Shown here: positions 14,396 through 21,724 of the stretch, piece after piece
How the letters are laid out: the number at the start of each line of letters is the position of its first letter
How positions within the stretch are numbered: position 1 is the first letter of the stretch
Source: Candidatus Methylomirabilis lanthanidiphila
GTDB lineage: Bacteria > Methylomirabilota > Methylomirabilia > Methylomirabilales > Methylomirabilaceae
Direction of reading: 5' to 3'
DNA length: 22,456 nucleotides
Assembly (NCBI GenBank): GCA_902196205.1
Contig: CABIKM010000041.1
Span: 1 to 22,456 of the forward strand
Position numbers and translations under genes: made by a program
Notes under the pieces: model-generated
What the model saw: the letters and a program-made list of their open reading frames with translations, nothing else
Told to the model about the DNA's origin: nothing
Databases searched by the model: none

Positions 14396-14425
14396 TTGAC
14401 AGCGGGCTGCGGGCTGTGCAATAGT
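14396..14425 (+). promoter_or_regulatory. Candidate sigma70-type promoter for the porin gene (TTGACA-N18-AATAGT)
   Basis: TTGACA at 14396-14401 and AATAGT at 14420-14425, about 180 nt upstream of ATG 14605. Pattern match only. Confidence 0.35.
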
Positions 14426-14604
14426 CACGCCCAACCTACGATCTATGTCCTACTGCACGTCCCCCAAAGAGGTTGGGGAACCCGCGTACACCGCGAGGAT
14501 CGTCTCATCGGGGCGGAGGCTTTTGGGCGCCCCGCATCAGCAAAGCGCTCTGAATTCGAGAGCACGGTGGTCAACCTAAAGAAAAGAGCAGAGGGAGGAG
14601 GATC

Positions 14605-16146
14605 ATGGCGCAGAGAAGGTGGTGGGTTCGTGGTGCGGTCTTAGGCAGCGCCTTGCTGCTTACCCCGGTGGGGGCATGGGCCGACAAGCTCACAGAGCTT
14701 GAGCAAGCCTTTGAGACGCAGCAGAAGTCGCTGCAGCAGTTGCAGCAAGAGATGCAGCGGCTGCGACAGGAGCGAGTCACGCAGCAGGAAGAGGTAACCA
14801 GGCGCGTGATGGAGGTGGAGAAGAAGGCCGCGGACGCCGCAGCTTCATCGCTCCAAACCGGATTTGACCCATGGCCAGGGAAGGGGTTCTACCTGAAGTC
14901 GGCCGATGGTCAGCACCGGCTGAACATTGGCGGCTACGTGCAGACCTTGGCGCAAGTTGAGGCGTCTAGAAATGAAGAGGATGTCACGCCAGCGGGCAGC
15001 GGAGGGGGCCTAAACGACAGGCAGGCAGCGATCAATCGACACCGCCCCAGCACGCTGAAGTTGCACCGCGTCCGGGTCATCTTCAACGGCACGATCTTCA
15101 GGGATTTCGGCTTCCACATCGAGCCGGAGTTCACGGGCGGTGCTTCCGGCACCCGGATCGAAACCGGCTTTGTGACCTACACCTACATGCCTTGGGCCCG
15201 GGTAACCGTCGGGCAGATGCGGCATCAGTACAGCCTTGAGCAGGGCATGGCCACGCAGGACCTGGACTTCGCCGCTCAGCGGTCATTTGTCAACAGGGCC
15301 TTCTCTCCTGACCTGCAGATGGGTATCCTCCTTAACGGCAATACGAAACTCGCCGACATGCCCATCTACTACGGGTTCGGTATCTTTAACGGATGCGGCC
15401 GGGTCGATCAGTGCCCAGGCAGCGTGGATAACGATGGTGACAAGGAGTACACGGGCCGGATGACGATCTCGCCCCCGATGCCCATGGGGAATCTCACCGT
15501 CGGCGTGAACGCGGACTTCCGCACCTTCAACATCGTACGGGGCAGTGGCGCGACCGACACCAACGGCGTGACGAACCCTGTCGGTGGCGGCTCCAAGTTC
15601 CACCGCTTTAACCCGGTAAGCACGCTGGGCGACAAATTTGGAGGTGACGGTAACGGCACCAGCCAAAACGGTTTCCTCATCAACGGCGACCGCGTCACTA
15701 CCGGCGCCGACATCGTATTTGACTTCTATCCGTTCATCCTCAAGGGCGAGTTCCACTACGCCTCTCAGGAGCGCGACGGATTGGGAACGGGCAGCAACAC
15801 GAATCTCGATGACCTCCGCATGATGGGCGGCTATGGCACGCTCGGCTATTGGGTCTTCGGCAACAAGCTGAAGGGCCTGCTGGTCAACGGCCGCTACGAG
15901 CACCTGCGGGTCGATGACACCAAGGGGAGCTTCACTCCCTCTAGTGCATCTCCCAATACAGAGCGGGAGTTGAGGGTGCGCGCCGGAACGCTCGGTTTGA
16001 CCTGGTATGCCAACCCCAACGTTTTCGTGCGGGCCAACTATCTGCTGACCGACGTCACGCCGGGGAAGAACGTCTTTGGAGTGAGCAACAACACGCAAGG
16101 TGAGCTGACCCATCAGGGTATTGCCGAACTGATGGTCAGATTCTAA
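14605..16146 (+). CDS. Outer-membrane porin, OprO/OprP (phosphate/anion-selective porin O_P) family, with an N-terminal coiled-coil segment
   Basis: GGGAGGAGG SD. Signal peptide ending VGAWA. Gln/Glu-rich heptad-like stretch LTELEQAFETQQKSLQQLQQEMQRLRQE. Family-like blocks FYLKSADGQHRLNIGGYVQ, LHRVRVIFNGTIFRDFGFHIEPEF and VTVGQMRHQYSLEQ. C-terminal beta-barrel signature ELMVRF. Confidence 0.8.
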   Translation: MAQRRWWVRGAVLGSALLLTPVGAWADKLTELEQAFETQQKSLQQLQQEMQRLRQERVTQQEEVTRRVMEVEKKAADAAASSLQTGFDPWPGKGFYLKSADGQHRLNIGGYVQTLAQVEASRNEEDVTPAGSGGGLNDRQAAINRHRPSTLKLHRVRVIFNGTIFRDFGFHIEPEFTGGASGTRIETGFVTYTYMPWARVTVGQMRHQYSLEQGMATQDLDFAAQRSFVNRAFSPDLQMGILLNGNTKLADMPIYYGFGIFNGCGRVDQCPGSVDNDGDKEYTGRMTISPPMPMGNLTVGVNADFRTFNIVRGSGATDTNGVTNPVGGGSKFHRFNPVSTLGDKFGGDGNGTSQNGFLINGDRVTTGADIVFDFYPFILKGEFHYASQERDGLGTGSNTNLDDLRMMGGYGTLGYWVFGNKLKGLLVNGRYEHLRVDDTKGSFTPSSASPNTERELRVRAGTLGLTWYANPNVFVRANYLLTDVTPGKNVFGVSNNTQGELTHQGIAELMVRF

Positions 16147-16168
16147 CGTTTTCTTGAAGCAGGCTCTT

Positions 16169-16208
16169 CGCCGAAGGCTCCCCTTGCATATTTGGGGAGC
16201 CTTCGGCG
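16169..16208 (+). terminator. Terminator hairpin of the porin gene
   Basis: 15-bp perfect stem CGCCGAAGGCTCCCC / GGGGAGCCTTCGGCG with a 10-nt loop, followed by TCTTAT. It starts 23 nt after the stop. Confidence 0.7.
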
Positions 16209-16253
16209 TCTTATACACGATGTCTGTAACGAAAGAAAGGGAGGTAGACGATC

Positions 16254-16505
16254 ATGAAGTTCATCACATTAGCGAAGGTCAGACCTGGCGCGTGGGCGAG
16301 GCTGGCACACGATCTTCCCGCTGCCTGTTACGAGGGGATGAAGTCGGCCCATGTGGTCTACGGCCAATATGATGTGGTATTCGAGTGGGAAGCCAAGGAT
16401 CTGGAGACGGCCAATAAGATCATGAAACATATGACCGGATCCGATCTCCTCACATCCGAGACGTTGGTCGTTGCGTCCACCCTGAAGGAGTTCGGTCAGA
16501 TATAG
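16254..16505 (+). CDS. GYD-domain protein (83 aa)
   Basis: GGGAGGT SD. Motif YGQYDVVFEWEA, followed by TSETLVV, in a protein of family-typical size. Confidence 0.7.
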   Translation: MKFITLAKVRPGAWARLAHDLPAACYEGMKSAHVVYGQYDVVFEWEAKDLETANKIMKHMTGSDLLTSETLVVASTLKEFGQI

Positions 16506-16592
16506 ACGGCGCTCGGCACAAGACGCAAACACGCAACGGTCTGGCTTTGCACCCAAAGGTTGCATGGCGCGGTTCACCGGGAAAAAGTTCAA

Positions 16593-16725
16593 CTAGTGCT
16601 TGATTGCAATAATACCCGTAACGTCATTCCCGCAGTCCTTAAGCGGGAATCCATTGATTCTACTGGATACCCGCTTCGGCGGGTATGACGATTTATGCGC
16701 GTCAACTATTGCAATTAAGCACTAG
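16593..16725. repeat. 133-bp nested inverted-repeat element (MITE-like, or a structured RNA)
   Basis: Terminal 18-bp inverted repeats CTAGTGCTTGATTGCAAT (16593-16610) and ATTGCAATTAAGCACTAG (16708-16725), with one mismatch. They enclose hairpin A, ATTCCCGC-9 nt-GCGGGAAT (16626-16650), and hairpin B, ATACCCGC-TTCG-GCGGGTAT (16667-16686). Confidence 0.6.
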
Positions 16726-16816
16726 CCCCTTCCAAGAAGATTACAACTACTCGCCTCCGACGCTTTCTCGTCTCCCCAAGGGCCCGCCTCGGCTTATTCA
16801 ACGCGCAACAGTAGGC

Positions 16817-16845
16817 TTGACAAACTCATACACATGCTTTATTCT
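16817..16845 (+). promoter_or_regulatory. Candidate sigma70-type promoter upstream of ftsH (TTGACA-N17-TATTCT)
   Basis: TTGACA at 16817-16822 and TATTCT at 16840-16845, about 245 nt upstream of the ftsH GTG. Pattern match only. Confidence 0.35.
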
Positions 16846-17087
16846 GGCTTTGTTTAATTCAGCCCGAGCCATACACCAGCCATCCGGGTCAAGAGCGAGG
16901 CGCGCACCGGCTGGTCGTGCTGGCGACCTCCCTAGATCGGTCGCAAGCACGCCGATGAGAGAAAATTGGAGGGCTGACGATGGCAATACAAGGGATTGGT
17001 AGCTAAGAACGTGTCTTTTTTCATAACGTCTCGAGAGCTTGACAGCCGATTTCGGGGCGTCGGGACGGCACAAAGGAGGTCATTGCC

Positions 17088-19025
17088 GTGAACAAGCGTT
17101 ATGTCAAGATTGCGGGTATCGTCGCCATGATCCTTGTGGTCACGGCTGTGGCCTTTCTCCCGTTTTACTCGAACCGCCAGAAATCTTCTACACAGGTTAT
17201 CTTCAGCGACTTCATGGATTTGGTGGAATCGGGACAGATCGCCGGCACGGTGATCTTCAACGAAAACACCCATACGATTTATGGCCATGTGGCGTCCGGG
17301 CAGCATCTACGCACCGTCTACAGCAAAGAGGCCACCGCGTCTCTCCAGGAGCTCCTGAAATCCAAAGGGATTCGCTTTGCGGTGGAACCGCAAAGCGGAG
17401 GCTCTATTTGGGTTGGCCTGTTGTTCAACTTCCTGCCGTTCCTGTTGATTATCGGTTTGTTCGTAATGATGAGCCGTCGGTCCCAGATGGGGGGAGGAGG
17501 CGGCCCCATGTCGTTCGGTAAGTCCAAGGCGAAGCTACATGACGCGTCTAAACCAAAGGTGACATTCGCGGATGTGGCGGGTGAGGAAGAGCCGAAGGAG
17601 GAATTGGAAGAGGTCATCATGTTCCTGAAACACCCCCAGAAGTTTCAGGCGCTGCATGCCAAGATCCCGAGGGGCTTGCTGTTGGTGGGACCTCCGGGTT
17701 GCGGCAAGACGCTTCTCGCCAAAGCGGTAGCCGGAGAGGCCGGGGTCCCGTTCTTCTCGCTTTCCGGATCAGAATTCGTTGAGGTGTTTGTCGGTGTCGG
17801 CGCCAGCCGCGTCCGCGATCTGTTCGAGCAAGCCAAGAAGAACGCCCCTTGTCTGGTATTCATCGATGAGATCGATGCGGTGGGCCGTCACCGTGGGGCG
17901 GGGCTCGGCGGCGGCAACGATGAGCGTGAACAGACGCTGAACCAACTGCTGGTGGCAATGGATGGCTTTGAGGGCAATATCGGGATCATCGTCATCGCCG
18001 CTACCAACCGTCCGGATATTTTGGATCCCGCGCTGCTGCGCCCCGGACGATTTGATCGCCGGATTATTGTGGACAATCCGGATAGTAAGGGCCGTAAGGC
18101 GATCCTGCAGGTGCACCTGCGCGAAATGCCATTGGCGGCAGATGTCAACGTTGATGTACTCGCTAAGCAGACGCCCGGCTTTTCTGGAGCGGATCTGGCA
18201 GCCGTTGTAAACGAGGGCGCGCTCCTAGCCGCCCGGCGTGATAAAGATCGCGTCAGTATGGTCGACTTTGACGAGGCGGTCGAGCGCATCATCGCCGGGC
18301 CCCTGCGGCGCAGTCGGGCTCTCACTCCGAAGGAGCGCGAGATGGTCGCCTACCATGAGGCCGGCCACGCCATCCTACGAAAGCTTCTTCCTAAGGCTGA
18401 TCCGCCCCACAAGGTGACGATCGTGTCCCGCGGAATGGCGCTTGGCTATGTGATGGGGGCCCCGCCGGAGGATCGATACACCCGCACTCGCTCCGAATTG
18501 CTGGACGAGGTCAGTGTGGGCATGGGGGGGCGGGTGGCTGAGGACCTCATCTTCGGCGAGATTACGACCGGGGCTTCAAACGACTTTGAGCAGGCCACCA
18601 ACATGGTCCGCCGAATGGTGACGAATTTCGGAATGTCCGATAAGCTCGGTCCGGTCACACTGGGCAGGCAAGGAGGGCCGGTCTTTCTTGGCCGCGACAT
18701 GATCGACAGTCGCAACTACAGCGAGGAGATTGCCTATCAGATCGACCAGGAGGTGCGGCGCATCATCGACGAGTGTTACCAGAACGCGCGCCAGACGATC
18801 GAGGCGAACCGGGAGAAGCTGCAGCGGGTTGCGAAGGCCCTCATGGAGCGCGAAACCCTCTATGCGGAGGAGTTGGACGACGTCATGGCGGGAAAGGTGG
18901 TCGCGCTGGAACCCGTACGACCGGCCGGCGTCGAAGCAGCCGTCGAACCAAGCGCAAGCGTCGAAGCGACGGCGCGTCAGCGGGCACGCCTGGGGCACCC
19001 GCGCCGCCACCACCAGCCTAACTGA
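17088..19025 (+). CDS. ftsH: ATP-dependent zinc metalloprotease FtsH
   Basis: AAGGAGG followed by 8 nt and GTG. Two N-terminal TM helices. Walker A GPPGCGKT, Walker [33 protein letters not shown], zinc site HEAGHA. Confidence 0.95.
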   Translation: MNKRYVKIAGIVAMILVVTAVAFLPFYSNRQKSSTQVIFSDFMDLVESGQIAGTVIFNENTHTIYGHVASGQHLRTVYSKEATASLQELLKSKGIRFAVEPQSGGSIWVGLLFNFLPFLLIIGLFVMMSRRSQMGGGGGPMSFGKSKAKLHDASKPKVTFADVAGEEEPKEELEEVIMFLKHPQKFQALHAKIPRGLLLVGPPGCGKTLLAKAVAGEAGVPFFSLSGSEFVEVFVGVGASRVRDLFEQAKKNAPCLVFIDEIDAVGRHRGAGLGGGNDEREQTLNQLLVAMDGFEGNIGIIVIAATNRPDILDPALLRPGRFDRRIIVDNPDSKGRKAILQVHLREMPLAADVNVDVLAKQTPGFSGADLAAVVNEGALLAARRDKDRVSMVDFDEAVERIIAGPLRRSRALTPKEREMVAYHEAGHAILRKLLPKADPPHKVTIVSRGMALGYVMGAPPEDRYTRTRSELLDEVSVGMGGRVAEDLIFGEITTGASNDFEQATNMVRRMVTNFGMSDKLGPVTLGRQGGPVFLGRDMIDSRNYSEEIAYQIDQEVRRIIDECYQNARQTIEANREKLQRVAKALMERETLYAEELDDVMAGKVVALEPVRPAGVEAAVEPSASVEATARQRARLGHPRRHHQPN

Positions 19026-19091
19026 AACCGTCGCACAGCCCGCCGGCGTCGACAGCCGCCATAGTTGGGCGTGACAGGTCTCTCTTATCAC

Positions 19092-19122
19092 TCCCCTTCC
19101 CCCTTACGTGGGGGGAAGGGGA
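19092..19122 (+). terminator. GC-rich 12-bp stem-loop downstream of ftsH
   Basis: TCCCCTTCCCCC (19092-19103), loop TTACGTG, GGGGGAAGGGGA (19111-19122). It starts about 66 nt after the ftsH stop. No U-tract. Confidence 0.45.
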
Positions 19123-19240
19123 CATTAGTATTGGCGTCCCTCACATCCGACGCGACCGGGCCCACGTTGTCGCGCTACCCCATTCTGTTCCCTTCCCGGA
19201 GCGCAGCACCTACCTCCGCGAAACGCGCAGCGGCTACCAG

Positions 19241-19277
19241 AAACACAAAACCCTCTCACAGTAGTCATGAGAGGGTT
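19241..19277 (-). terminator. Terminator of the pmo-distal His-rich protein gene
   Basis: On the - strand: AACCCTCTCA-9 nt-TGAGAGGGTT (perfect 10 bp) followed by TTGTGTTTCT. It lies 29 nt after the stop at 19306. Confidence 0.6.
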
Positions 19278-19305
19278 AAATGTAAATAACTATATAATTA
19301 AAAGA

Positions 19306-20073
19306 TTATGCCGTTTTCTTCTTCCGTCTGACGTAGAGCACGGCGCCTATGGCGACGCCTGCGATAGCGGTTACCAGAATGCCCGGATTACTCATCATGG
19401 AGGAACTACCGCTACTGGATCGGGGCGCCTTCAGACCAACCGTAAAGGGGAAGCTGAACGTCGAATCGTGAGCGTGATACACATCTTCCTCAGCCGAACT
19501 CGCATGTTTCTCGCTCACCGCTACGACGCCCTCGTGGCCATGCGCGGCGTTGCCGCCACCCCCGGCGTGTGATTCAACCCGCTCCTCGACCTCCAGGACA
19601 GCCTTATATTTCCCCGCCTTCGCAAAATCGGTCTCCGCTTTGACGACACCGGAGGGATAAACCTGTTGCGGGATGTAAAGGACCGTCCCGGAGTCGCTCC
19701 GCTCAGAGACCTCCACTACCCGGACCGCCACCGGGATCTTGCGCAGCGCATCGCTCATAAGATCAAAAGTCAGTGTCGCCTTGCCCGTTTTCGGGATGTC
19801 TCGACAGTACGACCTGAACTCCTCCTTCATAGCATCCAGGTACCGCCTGAGATCGGCATCTTTAAGCTCTTTGAGCACCTCAAGTTGGGTGGCTCCCGTC
19901 CCGGTGGCCGCATGCTGATAAGCGCTGAAGTGGATGAAATACTGCCCCTTTTCTATTGAGCAGAGATCGTTGTCCGTGATCCCGCCCATGCCACCCCCGC
20001 CATGCGCCCATGCCTGAGACACCCAGACCAACCCCATCAGAACAGCACATGCAGCCATTGCCCGATACTTCAT
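19306..20073 (-). CDS. Secreted, C-terminally membrane-anchored His/Gly-rich protein; candidate copper-handling accessory of pMMO (PmoD-like architecture, unproven)
   Basis: Start moved to ATG 20071-20073, giving MKYRAMAACAVLMGLVWVSQAWA|HGGGGMGG. His clusters HAGGGGNAAHGHEG and YHAHD. C-terminal TM helix ILVTAIAGVAIGAVLYV followed by RRKKK. Confidence 0.6.
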   Translation of the reverse strand: MKYRAMAACAVLMGLVWVSQAWAHGGGGMGGITDNDLCSIEKGQYFIHFSAYQHAATGTGATQLEVLKELKDADLRRYLDAMKEEFRSYCRDIPKTGKATLTFDLMSDALRKIPVAVRVVEVSERSDSGTVLYIPQQVYPSGVVKAETDFAKAGKYKAVLEVEERVESHAGGGGNAAHGHEGVVAVSEKHASSAEEDVYHAHDSTFSFPFTVGLKAPRSSSGSSSMMSNPGILVTAIAGVAIGAVLYVRRKKKTA

Positions 20074-20231
20074 TGCCCTACCTGCTACCTTCCTGAGCGT
20101 CCCATCTACGCCTTTGAGTCTCCACCTTACCCTGCACCGCAGAGCTAACCCGGCGGGCAGGGGTCCCACCCCTGGACATGAACGATAGAGCCTCCAGGGA
20201 TGGGACCTTCACGCACCCGCACACCCTTAAC

Positions 20232-20315
20232 TTACGCCTGGTTCACCAGTGTAATAAGGACAAACAACAGCATGAGCAGCAACGCAAGATTCATCCCTTG
20301 AGCAGCGAATTCCAT
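20232..20315 (-). CDS. Unannotated 27-codon single-TM mini-ORF immediately after pmoB (MEFAAQGMNLALLLMLLFVLITLVNQA)
   Basis: AAGGAG (reverse complement of 20326-20331) abuts the pmoB TAG. The ATG at 20313-20315 lies 10 nt downstream of it, and the TAA is at 20232-20234. The ORF is below the ORF-track length cutoff. Confidence 0.35.
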   Translation of the reverse strand: MEFAAQGMNLALLLMLLFVLITLVNQA

Positions 20316-20332
20316 AGCAGCATATCTCCTTC

Positions 20333-21604
20333 CTATTTGTACTGAGTCGTCGGTCGCCACTTGCCTCCGCCGGACAGCGCGGTGGCACCACCCTCAAAGG
20401 ACGGAATCACGGGGCCGCCCACCTCTACAATCTGCCGATTCTTGTCGGCGTCAAAGAACTCGAGCAAACCGCCGTACCGGCTGTCCGAGTCATAGATCAA
20501 CTCGGCCAACCGCTGGTACTCCCATTCCGCATCGGTAGCATCTATTGACATCGTGACGGTCTGGCCGGGGGCGATGGGACCGGCGGGCTCGACCTTGATT
20601 TTCAGCCGCGAGTCGGGGAACAGCGCCGGATCACGGAACTGCAGATTGGCCGTGATGAATCCCCCCAGGTGCTGCGGCCTATTGGAGCCGTTGGTCACCT
20701 CAATCACCATCCCGAGAGATCGCCCAGGCACCGTATAGACGGCAGTGACAGGTCGGGCCTTCACGGTAGCATGGGCGTACGGCGTAAAGTCTGTCGTTGG
20801 TCGGAGTTCAGGCGTATCCATCCTACCGGTCTGAAGCGGAATCGTAATCGGGTAGGCGCCGTTGGTAGTCACGTAGCCGATGGCCACAATAAGAACCGTC
20901 GCGATCATGAGGACCAGCCCCACCGTTCGATCACCGGAGCTGACAAGCTCCTCCTCAGGCACGACCCCCACCAGGAAAATTCGGCGCGTAAACGGCCGCA
21001 CGACCCAATATCCCAGCCAGAATACCCCAATGACGGTCCACAGCAGCCACCAGCCGATGATCCGGCCCTGGCCATGGTTCTCCATGTTGATCGTCTGGCC
21101 GTCGATGGTGGTAACATTGTTTTCAAAGTTACTCCAATCACCGTCAACCGTCACAAACTCACCGCCACCAACCAGGGGGCCTCCACCCTCGATATTGACC
21201 ATCGGGTGAACATGATAGGTCCCGGTGACCCGCCCCATAATATTCATTCGATAATCATAGTCTCCGCCAAGTTGAGTGCTGGTGGCGTTGATCACGGGCA
21301 TGCCATTCATCCATGCCTCTTTCTTCAGCATCGATGGCCCCGGTACAGAGTAGTGGAGAAAGATCGACTCGGGGGTATTGACGGCCCGCGGCCATTCACT
21401 GAACGTATGAAACTTGCCTGTGAGATCCATCGTCTCACCGGGCTTCACTCGGGCCTTTGACCACTTGGTATCGTAGAACGTTATCGTACGCATCCGGAGA
21501 AACGGCTCCTGCGATCGTTCGCCATGGGCCCATGCCGTTGTTCCCGCGGACACGGCGATCACTCCAAGTAGGATCGCCGACAACGCTGCTCGTCCTATCC
21601 TCAT
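20333..21604 (-). CDS. pmoB: Particulate methane monooxygenase subunit B (423 aa precursor)
   Basis: Start moved to ATG 21602-21604 (AGGAGGATAACA-ATG). Signal peptide ...TTAWA|HGERSQEPFLRMRT. The YHVHPM histidine pair is present, and there are two TM helices mid-protein (WWLLWTVIGVFWLGYWV, GLVLMIATVLIVAIGYV). Confidence 0.9.
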   Translation of the reverse strand: MRIGRAALSAILLGVIAVSAGTTAWAHGERSQEPFLRMRTITFYDTKWSKARVKPGETMDLTGKFHTFSEWPRAVNTPESIFLHYSVPGPSMLKKEAWMNGMPVINATSTQLGGDYDYRMNIMGRVTGTYHVHPMVNIEGGGPLVGGGEFVTVDGDWSNFENNVTTIDGQTINMENHGQGRIIGWWLLWTVIGVFWLGYWVVRPFTRRIFLVGVVPEEELVSSGDRTVGLVLMIATVLIVAIGYVTTNGAYPITIPLQTGRMDTPELRPTTDFTPYAHATVKARPVTAVYTVPGRSLGMVIEVTNGSNRPQHLGGFITANLQFRDPALFPDSRLKIKVEPAGPIAPGQTVTMSIDATDAEWEYQRLAELIYDSDSRYGGLLEFFDADKNRQIVEVGGPVIPSFEGGATALSGGGKWRPTTQYK

Positions 21605-21724
21605 TGTTATCCTCCTGCCTCGCTTATGGATAAGGGTCGACTCATTCGTACCGCAGTAGGTGGTGGGGCCTTCGTCCATTGATGGTTCATCCGGAAAATC
21701 CACCACAGCCCGCGTCGACGACAG

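Noticed and set aside
15283-16218. 311-aa - strand ORF and other ORFs inside the porin gene
   Set aside because: It is antisense to a porin ORF that has a signal peptide, family blocks and a C-terminal Phe. It has no SD and an Arg/Val/Ala-rich shadow composition.
16685-17306. ORFs of 105 aa (+), 91 aa (-) and 124 aa (-) in the ftsH upstream region
   Set aside because: They have no SD sequences, overlap each other and the ftsH start, and have unremarkable composition. The region is better explained as promoter and leader.
4331-21706. ORF-track N-terminal extensions (5308, 6650, 9697, 12927, 14434, 20169, 21706, 4506)
   Set aside because: In each case an internal ATG, GTG or TTG has a much better Shine-Dalgarno sequence. 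That start either yields a proper signal peptide or TM anchor, or removes an overlap with the upstream gene. The extensions are Arg-rich and read through intergenic or neighbouring-gene sequence.
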